DNA of 64,000 nt from an uncultured Acidobacteriota bacterium (GTDB lineage: Bacteria; Acidobacteriota; UBA6911; RPQK01; JAPXNP01), in contig CAVZRV010000031.1 in NCBI GenBank assembly GCA_963777605.1, forward strand, positions 416,001 through 480,000. The letters run 5' to 3'. Position numbers and translations under genes: made by a program. The notes under the pieces are model-generated. The model saw only the letters and a list, made by a program, of their open reading frames with translations. It was not told the origin of the DNA and ran no database searches. Every line of letters starts with the position of its first letter. Position 1 is the first letter of the stretch. Positions 40,043-49,573 of this stretch are shown here, piece by piece.

Positions 40043-40735
40043 CTACCAGTCAAGGCCGACAGCTTCCGTGAGGAACTTCATGAATGAGGCCCCCTCCTGG
40101 CATGTCGCGGCAAACTCGTCGATGAACCCCGGAGACTGCACCTGCTCTTCACCGAGGTCGCGAAAAAGCACGTAGTCCTTCCACTTCAGGTCCTCGATCA
40201 GTGGATGTGCGGGGTCGAAGCCTTTCGGGGGACGTCGGAGGCGATCTCCGCCGAGCTTGAATCGTCTGGGATCCGAGCCATCCCGCAGCGCATCGCTCCA
40301 GTCCTCAGGACGCCGCACGATCGCCCTGCGGATTTTGAGAAGAGTCGGGCCATCGGGCCGCCAGATCCCGCAGCCTGCAAAGCATCCTCCCGGCTCAAGG
40401 TGGAGGTAGTAGCCGGGAGCGTGTACATCCTTGCCGGCTCGGTGGCGGAACTGAATGCCGGCCGCAACCTTGTAAGGGCTCTTGTCCTTCGAAAACCGGA
40501 TATCGCGGTTGATCCGGAAAAGCGACCCTCCAGAGCGTCGGGGGTCCGCCACAAAGTTCGGACTAATAGCACGAAGCCGGAAGTCGAACTCCCGGATGAA
40601 TTGCAGCAGTGGCTCCCGCACCACGCATTCGAATCGATCCTTGTTGGCGGCAAACCATTCGCGGTTGTTGTTCTCGCGGAGCTCGCGGAAAAAGGCAAAC
40701 AACTCTCCAGTGACGTGGGATGAAGACTTCGTCAA
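40043..40735 (-). CDS. DUF2461 (TIGR02453) family protein
   Basis: NNNREWF, FRINRDIRFSKDKSPYK, PGYYLHLEP, HPLIEDLK. Confidence 0.9.
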   Translation of the reverse strand: MTKSSSHVTGELFAFFRELRENNNREWFAANKDRFECVVREPLLQFIREFDFRLRAISPNFVADPRRSGGSLFRINRDIRFSKDKSPYKVAAGIQFRHRAGKDVHAPGYYLHLEPGGCFAGCGIWRPDGPTLLKIRRAIVRRPEDWSDALRDGSDPRRFKLGGDRLRRPPKGFDPAHPLIEDLKWKDYVLFRDLGEEQVQSPGFIDEFAATCQEGASFMKFLTEAVGLDW

Positions 40736-40772
40736 GCGCTTTTCTCCTCAAAGCATTGTTTGACCCGGGAGC

Positions 40773-40826
40773 AAAAAAGGCAACGGCAGCGCCGTCTTGC
40801 GAGACAAGTGGCGCTGCCGTGCCCTT
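40773..40826 (-). terminator. Intrinsic terminator
   Basis: Minus strand: 11-bp stem ACGGCAGCGCC/GGCGCTGCCGT with inner GTCT/AGAC stem, followed by TGCCTTTTTT. Confidence 0.8.
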
Positions 40827-40851
40827 AAGGAGGAGTGGAGTATGCTTCCAC
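40773..40851 (-). ncRNA. Candidate small RNA with anti-SD motif
   Basis: GUGGA-N7-UCCAC hairpin, unpaired UCCUCCUU, then the terminator; CATACT -10-like box just upstream. Confidence 0.45.
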
Positions 40852-40939
40852 TGAGTATGATGCAGACAGGCCCCAAGTGTTTCGCTGGAAGCGCTCAAAA
40901 ATTTCCAAAGATTAAAAGACTGCCCGCCGGAGTTGAATC

Positions 40940-41380
40940 TCAGCCGCCGGACAGGAGAGCGATCTCGTAGACGACGATAGAAAGGTAGGTGAGGATCAGC
41001 GTCCCGATCAGCCAGACAACTCGAATCCTCCGTTTGGCGATCACGAAATTCCAGTGAAGCAGAAGCACGAAAACCGCAAACAATGTCAGGCCCAGCTTGA
41101 TCGCGAGGAAGGCTCCGTCACTGTGTTGCAGCCCGAGATGAAGCAAGGGGTTCATCTCGTGGAAATTTCGATTGTCGAACAGGCGAAGGGAAAATACGGC
41201 GTCAAGGGTCGACAACAAGATCAGGCTCACGGCACACGCCCAGCCCGCGGCCGGAGGCCGATCGACGTAGCTGTTCGGTTCTCCGGGACCCGGCTTACGC
41301 CGCCGGCCGCGAAACAGGTAGCGGGAAATCGGCGGCGTCGGCCGTCTTCTTCGGTCTGGAAACGGAAGATTGCGAGACAT
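40940..41380 (-). CDS. DUF5658-like membrane protein
   Basis: DRRRRPT..SRY...GRR, YVDR, LILLSTLDAVFSL, EMNPLL, F..IKL.LT. Confidence 0.75.
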   Translation of the reverse strand: MSRNLPFPDRRRRPTPPISRYLFRGRRRKPGPGEPNSYVDRPPAAGWACAVSLILLSTLDAVFSLRLFDNRNFHEMNPLLHLGLQHSDGAFLAIKLGLTLFAVFVLLLHWNFVIAKRRIRVVWLIGTLILTYLSIVVYEIALLSGG

Positions 41381-41445
41381 ACTCACAGCCAGCACAGAGT
41401 ACCCGGCGAGTTACCGGAGAATTGTGACAATGATCACCGGGGAAA

Positions 41446-41922
41446 TCAGTTTTGCGGTCCGGATGAATCCAGTGGCGCAGACCCGACATTGGCCGGCCCG
41501 CCCACGCTCCATCGTATGAGTCCGGACTGGTCAATGAAAAAATAGCGATCTCCCGTGACTCCCGGATTACTCGGGCTCGCGGTGCCCCACCATTGGGTCC
41601 TCGAGCCCGCCGGGTTGTCGAGGCTGAAATTGTAACCCATGCGGTCCGGATCGGGGTTGCCGATCAATCCCGCTGCCAGCAACTGCTCGTCGTCGTTCGC
41701 ATAGCAGCTATGCAAATTGTAGTAAATCTCCTGGGCCGAGGACCAGGTGCGAATGTAGGCGATCGCTGCAACCTCGAAAGCGGCTTTTTTGGAACTGATC
41801 AGGCTGGGAACTGCCAACGCCGCGATTATTGCGATCACTGCGATGACGATCATCAGTTCAAGCAAAGAGAAACCGCGAGATCGATTAACGCCCTTGTCTC
41901 CAAAATCCTTCGCTCGATTCAT
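41446..41922 (-). CDS. Type IV pilin-like protein
   Basis: Class III signal RG|FSLLELMIVIAVIAIIAALAVP; C-terminal TGDRYFFIDQSGLIR. Confidence 0.88.
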   Translation of the reverse strand: MNRAKDFGDKGVNRSRGFSLLELMIVIAVIAIIAALAVPSLISSKKAAFEVAAIAYIRTWSSAQEIYYNLHSCYANDDEQLLAAGLIGNPDPDRMGYNFSLDNPAGSRTQWWGTASPSNPGVTGDRYFFIDQSGLIRWSVGGPANVGSAPLDSSGPQN

Positions 41923-42017
41923 CAGACCCTCCACTTTCCTGAAAAGGATACGAAGGACGAGCCCGGCGCCCGGTGACGGCCATCACAGATGAGCTCTTAA
42001 TCAACTCCGTCTCCACT

Positions 42018-43775
42018 TCAGATTCGGGCCTGGTAGGTATAGAGCTGATAGTATCGTCCCTGCCGGGCCATCAATTCGTCGTGAGTGCCCCGCTCGACGA
42101 TGCTTCCCCCTTCGATCACGAGGATCTGGTCGGCACGCCGGATCGTGCTTAGACGGTGCGCGATAACCAGCGTGGTCCGTCCCTTCATCAGTGTCTTGAG
42201 GCTTTCCTGGATGTAAAGCTCGCTCTCAGCATCGAGGTTCGAGGTCGCCTCGTCGAGGATCAGGATCCTTGGGTCGGCCAGCAAGGCACGCGCGATCGCC
42301 AGTCGCTGGCGCTGCCCTCCCGACAGTTTGACGCCGCGCTCTCCGATAACCGATTCCAGGCCCTTCTCGAGGCGTCCAACAAACTCGGTCACATGAGCAG
42401 CCTCGACTGCCCGCATGAGTTGGTCCTCATTCGCGTCCGGATTCCCGAACATCATGTTCTCCCGGATCGTCCCGTCGTACAGGAACTCGTCCTGCAGGAC
42501 CACACCGAGGCAGCGGCGAAAGCTGTCCAGCGTAACAGTGGAGAGATCGATCCCGTCGACCAGCACTTCACCCGAACGGGGGTTCAGAAACGAGGCGGCG
42601 AGCCCTGCAATCGTGGTCTTGCCTGACCCTGAACTTCCGACCAGCGCAGTGACCGTTCCGGGGGGAGCGTCGAACGTGATGTCTTTCAGTACATCCACTC
42701 CTTCGTCGTAGGCAAAGTAGACGTCCCGAAATGACAGTTCACCCTTGAAGTCCTCGAGTTCCAGCGTCCTCCGAGGGTCATCGATCTCGCGAGCCAGGGA
42801 GAGTATCTCCTGGGTCCGGTCCAGGCCGGCAAAGGCTTCCGTCATCTGACTGCCGATATTGCTCATCTGGACGATGGGGGTGATCAGAAACCCCAGGTAG
42901 AGCGTGAATGCAAAAAAGTCCCCGATCGTCATTCTCCCGCCGATGATCTGCCAGCCTCCGATCCCGATGATCCCGACCGCCGTCAACCCAAGCAGGAGAG
43001 TGGCCAGGCTGGTGACCAGGCTGGTTGCCGTCATCGACTTCTTGACGTTGCGGAAGATTCGTTCGACTCCACTTTCGAACACCGAGATTTCCTGACGTTC
43101 AGCATTGAACCCTTTAATCACCCTGATGCCGCCCAGGGACTCGGTCAGCCTCCCGGTCACCTCTGCATTGATTTTCCCCCGTTCCCGAAATATCGGGCGG
43201 ATGTACCCGAACGCCTTCAGTGAAACCAGGCCGAAAACGGCCAGCGGACCGAGGACGACAGCCGTCATCAGAGGATCGATCAGCAACAGGAGTACAAACG
43301 CAAAGATGGCGGTGAGCACCCCTCCGAAGAGCTGGACCAACCCGGTCCCGACAAGGTTTCGGACACCTTCCACGTCGCTCATGATCCGGGACACGAATTC
43401 GCCCGTCTTCGTGTTGTCGAACCGCCCCAGGGGCAGCCGGATGATATGTTCCTGGACTTGGGATCTGAGGCGCGAGATCAGGAACTGGGCTTCGATGCTC
43501 AGCAACTGGGTCAGATAGAAGGAACTCACCGCCTGGATCAGGATCGCCACGGCGATCCCCAGGAGAAGCCACTTGAGGAGTTGGAGATCCCCCTTGTTGA
43601 TGGCGTTGTCGATCACGTACTTGCTCGAACCGGGGAGCACCAGGCCCGAAAGCCGATTGACAAGGATCAGGCCCAACCCGGTCAACACCAGTTTCCGGCG
43701 CGGCCAGATAATCGACCAGAATGCGAAGCGGAAGGTCTGCCAGGATGCCTTCCTTTCCGATGAACCTCTTTCCAT
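42018..43775 (-). CDS. ABC exporter, fused permease/ATPase (MsbA-like)
   Basis: TM domain plus GSSGSGKT, LSGGQRQR, LILDEATS, IAHRLST. Confidence 0.95.
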   Translation of the reverse strand: MERGSSERKASWQTFRFAFWSIIWPRRKLVLTGLGLILVNRLSGLVLPGSSKYVIDNAINKGDLQLLKWLLLGIAVAILIQAVSSFYLTQLLSIEAQFLISRLRSQVQEHIIRLPLGRFDNTKTGEFVSRIMSDVEGVRNLVGTGLVQLFGGVLTAIFAFVLLLLIDPLMTAVVLGPLAVFGLVSLKAFGYIRPIFRERGKINAEVTGRLTESLGGIRVIKGFNAERQEISVFESGVERIFRNVKKSMTATSLVTSLATLLLGLTAVGIIGIGGWQIIGGRMTIGDFFAFTLYLGFLITPIVQMSNIGSQMTEAFAGLDRTQEILSLAREIDDPRRTLELEDFKGELSFRDVYFAYDEGVDVLKDITFDAPPGTVTALVGSSGSGKTTIAGLAASFLNPRSGEVLVDGIDLSTVTLDSFRRCLGVVLQDEFLYDGTIRENMMFGNPDANEDQLMRAVEAAHVTEFVGRLEKGLESVIGERGVKLSGGQRQRLAIARALLADPRILILDEATSNLDAESELYIQESLKTLMKGRTTLVIAHRLSTIRRADQILVIEGGSIVERGTHDELMARQGRYYQLYTYQARI

Positions 43776-43902
43776 AGCTTATTCTCTCGGTCGTCCCGCC
43801 CAAACAACGAGCCCACAACGATCCGCAACCCGCCCTGACGGAGTGCAGACTATTGTGCCACGGCTGTGAGGTTCAGGTTGTCGGCAAACGTCGCGATGGG
43901 CC

Positions 43903-43931
43903 TTGACGGGAAGACTGCCCTGCACTACAAG
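43903..43931 (+). promoter_or_regulatory. Possible sigma70 promoter
   Basis: TTGACG-N17-TACAAG, 27 bp before the ATG, with an AAGGAGA RBS. Confidence 0.4.
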
Positions 43932-43957
43932 GAGAGATCAGCCAAGGAGAATGCCTT

Positions 43958-46900
43958 ATGAACCGCGGGAAACTCTGGGGCTTCAACTGCCTCGCCCTTC
44001 CAATAGTCCTTTCAATCGTTGGCGTTCAACTCTCGTCGGGAGAATCGCAGAGAATCCCGGCCGAAGGGCTGGATCCTGCGGGAGAGGTCGGACAACGGCC
44101 CTACGAGATGGTCCTTGCCGACCGAAAACCGGTCCGGGAACCCCTGGTGAATTTCGATTCTCTCGAAGGCTGGGCCCTCGAGTGCGAGAACGGCGCCACG
44201 GGCAGATTAATCACATCCCGTAAACAGCAACTCTGGGACTCGCCTGTCGCCCAACTTGTTTACCGGGGTGACTCGGAGAAGAGTCGGGTAACCCTCCGTC
44301 CTCCAAAATCGATCCCGCTACCCAACCCGATTTCCGCGGTAACCGTCTGGATCTACGGCAACAACTGGGGTTGGGTGCCCGATCCGTCGACGCCCCAGGT
44401 GCCGGTCTCCCTGCTGATTCGGGACGCCGACGACGAACTCCACGAAGTGCCGCTGACACGGGTTCGCTGGCGGGAGTGGTGGCTGGTGCATCACGTCCTT
44501 CCGCAGGACCTGCTCTCTGCCTCGCCGCTCCGACTTGAGGGAATTCGGGTGGATGGCTGCAGCAACACCGAGGATCGCGAAATCTTCCTTGAAGACCTGG
44601 CCTTCTTCAAGGAAGAGCTTAAGCCATTGGCCTTTGCCCCCCGACCCCGGAGAGGGCTGGAACCCTTCCCCGGCCAGTCAACGGGAGCCAACGTCGGGCC
44701 GGGTCGACTTCCCTTCCCGACTCGGGACACCACTATTTTGCCTCAGAACGAAGTGGCCGATTTCGAGAACCGACTCTTTGCATCCGATCAGGACGGCCGG
44801 TACGAGTTCACCTACCAGGGTCCCGACGCGCGACTGGATTACGTGATCACCCCTGGAGACCGCTTCTGGGGCCCCGTCGAAGTCCGATTGAACGGAAGCA
44901 CGATCGCCCAGGCTATGGTCGATGCCGGCCCGGCCTTCACCAGTGAACTGGAGAATCTCCGACTCGAACGGGCATGGCTTGACAACAACACGGTCCGAGG
45001 GCGTTGGACCGGCACGGTCGAAGGGGATTCAATCACCGTCGACTCTGCCCTGCGCATGCTCCAAAAGAGCCTCGTCGTCGACTTTATCTGCCGGGGCGGC
45101 AAGGCGGAACGGCTCTCATACGGCACGATCGGCGGAGTCGAGCAACCCTCCCTGATTGCCATTCCGTACCTCAACTACGAGGGGCATCACCTGAACGTCC
45201 TGATGACCGGGGGAGACTCCCCCTCCTTCTCCTCGGTCTGGATGGACTGGTACCGTTCCAATGCATCCGAACCCTACACAGTCGATGAAGTGCAGGGGAA
45301 CTCCGTTGCCCTGAATGGAGGAACCCGTTACCTCCCGAAAACCGACGGGACACGGAACGACCTCTTCGAACGCTTCTTCGTAACCTTCTCGCCCCGGTTC
45401 GAGGAGGTCCTGCCCACGATTCCCAATCCTCCGGCCAAGGAGGGCAAGATCGCCGGGTCCCGTCTCTGGCAGGAAACGTGGGGCCCACAGGATTACGCAA
45501 AAGAGAAGGAACGGTCGAGGAAGCTGCGCGAATACGGGATCGAGATGCTCACCCAGTGCAACCACGAGATCGCCTGGCGCGACGGAGGTGAGAGCTTCAC
45601 ATTTCGAACTTTCGCAGCCCCTGAGAAAGGGGGCGACGCCGCCCTGAAAGACTTCGTCGCCGCCCAAAAGAGACTGGGATGGCGCTCCGGCCTCTACACC
45701 AACTACACCGACTACGCCCCGGTCAATTCCAACTGGGACATCGACATGGTGATGAGACGGCCGTCGGGTGACTTAATCACCGCCTGGCCTCGCTGTTACT
45801 CTCCGAAGGCGCTCTTCGCCGTGGAAATGGACCGGAAACTGGCACCGGTTATCCACCGCAAGTTCGGATCGAACGCGGCCTATACCGATGTCCACACCGC
45901 GGTCTCTCCCTGGTCCCGTACCGATTACGACGCCCGGGTACCGGGAGCAGGCACCTTCGCGGCCACGTTCTACGCCTACGGCGAACTTCTGCTTCACGAT
46001 CAGGACGTCTACGACCACCATTGCTGGTCGGAAGGCAATCACCAGTGGCTCTACGCGGGGCTGACCACGGGTCACTATGGCCTGACCTACAGCGATCTGA
46101 AATACCGCGAGTATCCCTATCTGCCGCACTTTGACCTGCTCAAGATGCACCCGCTCAGCGTGGACATCGGGATGCCCTGGACCGCGCGCTTTTTTCGCGA
46201 AGACGAGGGATGGAGCTCGCCGGAACGCATCGAAGGGAGCATCGACCAGTTTCTGGCCGCGACGATCGCCTACGGCCACATGGCCTGGCTGGTGGAAGAG
46301 ACTCACGGAATCCGACAGACCTGCCGGTCCTATTACATGATGCAGCAACTGCAGAGTCGCTACGTCATGGAGAAGCCCGAGGTCATCGACTACGGCGGAG
46401 ACGGCGGTCTCGTGAGCGCTTCAGCGGCGCTTCGCAGCGGCCTGTGGAAGGAATCCCGGCTTCACGTCCGGTATCGGAACGGGCTCGAGATCTGGGTCAA
46501 TGGAAACCGGGACAACGACTGGATCGTCAACACCGAAGGCGAGGAGTTCCGGCTGCCGCCCTACGGCTGGCTGGCCTCCCAGGGACCCGGCTTCTTCGAA
46601 TCCTCCTCGACTGGTCAATGGTCACCGCGTCGACCGGATCGCTTCTCCAGCATACGTCTTCCTGGATGGTCGCGGCCAGGAGAGCACTTTCCAGGGGATC
46701 ACCACGGGCGGAAGCGTCGCAGTTCGTCCGGCCGCGGCAGGTGACGGGCTTTCGATCACGGCAGTCGAGGGAGTCGAATCCCTTTCTTTGACAAGACCGA
46801 AAGGACAGTTCGCCTGGGACGACGTCCGGACCCAGATGGCGCGCGTCGCCGATGCGTCCAGCCTCTCGGTGACCGCCTACGGCCCCGGTAACAGCGAACT

Positions 46901-46991
46901 CGGCACCCAAGCGGCGGTCAAAAACGGCGGCGCCTGGGCCATCCAGGTGGTCCCCCAGGCAATCCGTTACGAGGTTGCGGTCAGCCGGTGA
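43958..46991 (+). CDS. Large secreted putative glycoside hydrolase (~1010 aa; frameshift near 46610)
   Basis: Signal peptide, CBM-like N-terminus, barrel-like core with YTDVHTA and WSEG; reading continues in the 46500..46991 frame (LVNGHRVDRIASPAYVFLDGRG). Confidence 0.7.
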
Positions 46992-46996
46992 AAAGG

Positions 46997-47030
46997 GTCG
47001 GACCAGTCTGACCTGTCTGACTGGTCCGAC
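46997..47030. repeat. Four GTCNGAC palindromic heptamers at 9-bp period forming a hairpin
   Basis: GTCGGAC-CA-GTCTGAC-CT-GTCTGAC-TG-GTCCGAC; outer 12 bp are a perfect inverted repeat; lies between convergent genes. Confidence 0.8.
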
Positions 47031-47037
47031 TCAGAAT

Positions 47038-49473
47038 TCACTGCGCTCGTTCGACCGGCCCATGGTAGACGCTTCCTCCGAAGGTCGTCAGGTAAACCAT
47101 CGCAGGATCCTCCGGATCGGGGATCACCCGGTGGCCCCAGCCGAAGTTGTATCCTTCGAGGCGGTTCCACGATTGGCCCGAATCATTGCTGAAGTAAGCC
47201 GCCCCCTGGAAGGTATTCAGGTAGACACGTCCGGGAATCCGCGAATCCAGGCTAATCCCGTAGACGTAAGCCTGGGGGTCGAATACCGACTGCCAGGTTG
47301 CGCCTCCGTCGTCGGAACGCCAGGCCCCGCCGGCCACTTCCGCCATTGAGCCCTCAGGGCCGTCGGCGCCGTAGTCACCCCGGGTGATACGACCCCAGCA
47401 AGCCAGGTAAAGCTGTCTTGGGTTTCCGGAATCGACGGCCAGCGAATTGGGGTACCGGACACCAGGAGGCAACGCCAGCTTCTCCCAGCGCTCGGCCCCA
47501 TCCGTGCTGCGGTAGATTTCACCCGGCTGCAGGTCGGGCATGACCTGTTTTCCATCGAATTGAGTGTTGTGCGCCACGATGAGGTACAGGGAGCCGCCGG
47601 ACCCGCGGGTGAGTTCCCAGGCGTTCAGATTGGGCCCAACGCCTTGATTCTTCTGGGTCCAGTGCGCCCCTCCGTCCTCGGTTTTGTAAACTCCCTGGCC
47701 ATAAATCGCAGCATAGAGCGTCCGACTCTGCTCTGGCGAATCCGGGTCCAGGACGAGGCTGGTCACCGGGGAGTTTGCCGGGAGCCCGTCGCTGGTCACG
47801 ACCCAGCTCTTGCCCCCGTCCTCAGAAAGGCAGACACCTCCAACGGCGAGCTCCTTCCAGTCAGGCTGACGGATCATCTTGAGCCGGGGGATGTCGTGCC
47901 AGGAAGACCACGCGCTCCAGATCATGCCTTGCACGGCCGGATCGAACTGCATCCAGTAGCAGGTGTTGTCCCAGGCGGGGGGAACCCCTTGCACCGAACG
48001 CTGCCACGTTCGCCCCCGGTCAAAGGAGTGGAAATAACCGATATCGGTGTAACTGACCGCGATGTGGTCCGAGTTGAACGGATCGAAGTGAACGCCGTAA
48101 CAGGTCGTCACGTCGAGTCCCCGGGATCGCACCGCCCCGGTTTCGAGCGTTTCGCTGTACAGTGCGTTCCAGTTCAATCCGCCGTCGGTGGTTTTCAACG
48201 CCCGGTACCAGTCGGTGAAGATCGCCGTCTGGGGGTTGCCCGGATCGACTGCGACGTCGAGCATGCGGATGTACTCACCGCCAAAGGCCTCACGGACCCA
48301 GGAGTCATGGACATTCGCCGCCCTGACGCCATCTCGAACAGTGTAGTCGGAATGACCCCCTCCGGCCTGGTAGACCCAGTTCCAGGAGGCACCTGCATCG
48401 GCCGTCTTGAGAACACCATACCAGTGCCCGGCACTGCCTGAGGAGTCTTCAGTCATCCACCGGTCACAGGTCGCGTAGGCAATCCGGGCGTCCGAACTGG
48501 AGCAGGCGATCCCGCTAATCGAGGCCCGGGCATCGCCGCCACTCAGGCCATTCACCGTCAGTTCGACCTTCTGCCAGGTCTTTCCAAGATCGGGACTCTG
48601 GAACAGGTCGCCTCCCTCCCCGATTGCGCCTCGTTCCTGGCGGCCGACCGCCCAGAGTTGAAAGCGGCCGCTTGACGGGTTGAGCCCGCCGTCAACCGAG
48701 GTGACTGACGACAGCCCCTCCGAAACCTGGCCAACCTCTTCGACCATCACGTCCCGGCTCTCGTCGAGGAGCAGCCGTCCCCGACGCCATAACACCACGA
48801 CCTGGCGGCGATCTCCGGGGAGTTCGAGCATACGCAAAACCGGGCCGTCGAGCTTGGCAACGAGATTCCACTCTCCGCCCCCATCGCGGGAACTGTAAAG
48901 ACCCGCCAGCCTTTGCCCGTCGCTGCGACCATTGACGCCCGCCAGGAGGTGGCTTGAGTCCTGCGAGTCAACCAGGATCGCGCTGACCGAGTTCCCCGGT
49001 CCCTGCGGGAAGTTGTCGGTCGTGACGAAGGAGGGCGAAGCGTGATCCCCTTCGTAGGAAATCTGGGTCACGCTTTCCGGAGCCGGAAAAATCTGCTGCC
49101 AGCTTGCGCCCCCATCGTGGGTTACATTGAGGCCGGCGCCACCCACGTACATGGTCTCCGGGTCGGACGGGTCGAATGCAAAGGCCCGGGCACCCCCAAG
49201 GAAATTGAACATCTCCCAGGAATTTCCGCCGTCCGGGCTGAAATAGGCACCGCCCATGTCACAGCGCAGCAGTATCCGGTTCGGATCCCGGGGATGAAAC
49301 GTCGGGATAAAGGTCGATCCTCCGCCCCCAGGCCCAAGCCGGGTCATCGAGGGCGGCTGCGCCGTCCCGGTCTGAGGCTCCTCGCTTTTCGGGCCACAGC
49401 CCGCGGCCATTAATCCCAGCCCCAATAACACCAACAAAGCCGCTGAAAACTTCCCCGTCGCGCCTCGTGACAT
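47038..49473 (-). CDS. BNR/Asp-box repeat lipoprotein (GH74/VPS10-like double propeller)
   Basis: Lipobox AAGC; GPGGGG, CDMGG; many S.DGG..W Asp-boxes. Confidence 0.85.
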   Translation of the reverse strand: MSRGATGKFSAALLVLLGLGLMAAGCGPKSEEPQTGTAQPPSMTRLGPGGGGSTFIPTFHPRDPNRILLRCDMGGAYFSPDGGNSWEMFNFLGGARAFAFDPSDPETMYVGGAGLNVTHDGGASWQQIFPAPESVTQISYEGDHASPSFVTTDNFPQGPGNSVSAILVDSQDSSHLLAGVNGRSDGQRLAGLYSSRDGGGEWNLVAKLDGPVLRMLELPGDRRQVVVLWRRGRLLLDESRDVMVEEVGQVSEGLSSVTSVDGGLNPSSGRFQLWAVGRQERGAIGEGGDLFQSPDLGKTWQKVELTVNGLSGGDARASISGIACSSSDARIAYATCDRWMTEDSSGSAGHWYGVLKTADAGASWNWVYQAGGGHSDYTVRDGVRAANVHDSWVREAFGGEYIRMLDVAVDPGNPQTAIFTDWYRALKTTDGGLNWNALYSETLETGAVRSRGLDVTTCYGVHFDPFNSDHIAVSYTDIGYFHSFDRGRTWQRSVQGVPPAWDNTCYWMQFDPAVQGMIWSAWSSWHDIPRLKMIRQPDWKELAVGGVCLSEDGGKSWVVTSDGLPANSPVTSLVLDPDSPEQSRTLYAAIYGQGVYKTEDGGAHWTQKNQGVGPNLNAWELTRGSGGSLYLIVAHNTQFDGKQVMPDLQPGEIYRSTDGAERWEKLALPPGVRYPNSLAVDSGNPRQLYLACWGRITRGDYGADGPEGSMAEVAGGAWRSDDGGATWQSVFDPQAYVYGISLDSRIPGRVYLNTFQGAAYFSNDSGQSWNRLEGYNFGWGHRVIPDPEDPAMVYLTTFGGSVYHGPVERAQ

Positions 49474-49573
49474 GGCAACACCCTCCTCTGGCAGACTCGA
49501 TGCATGTGATGATTTCGTCGGCCGGACCTTGACCCTCGACCGGTTCTGTCATAGCTTCGCCCGGAGCAACTCT

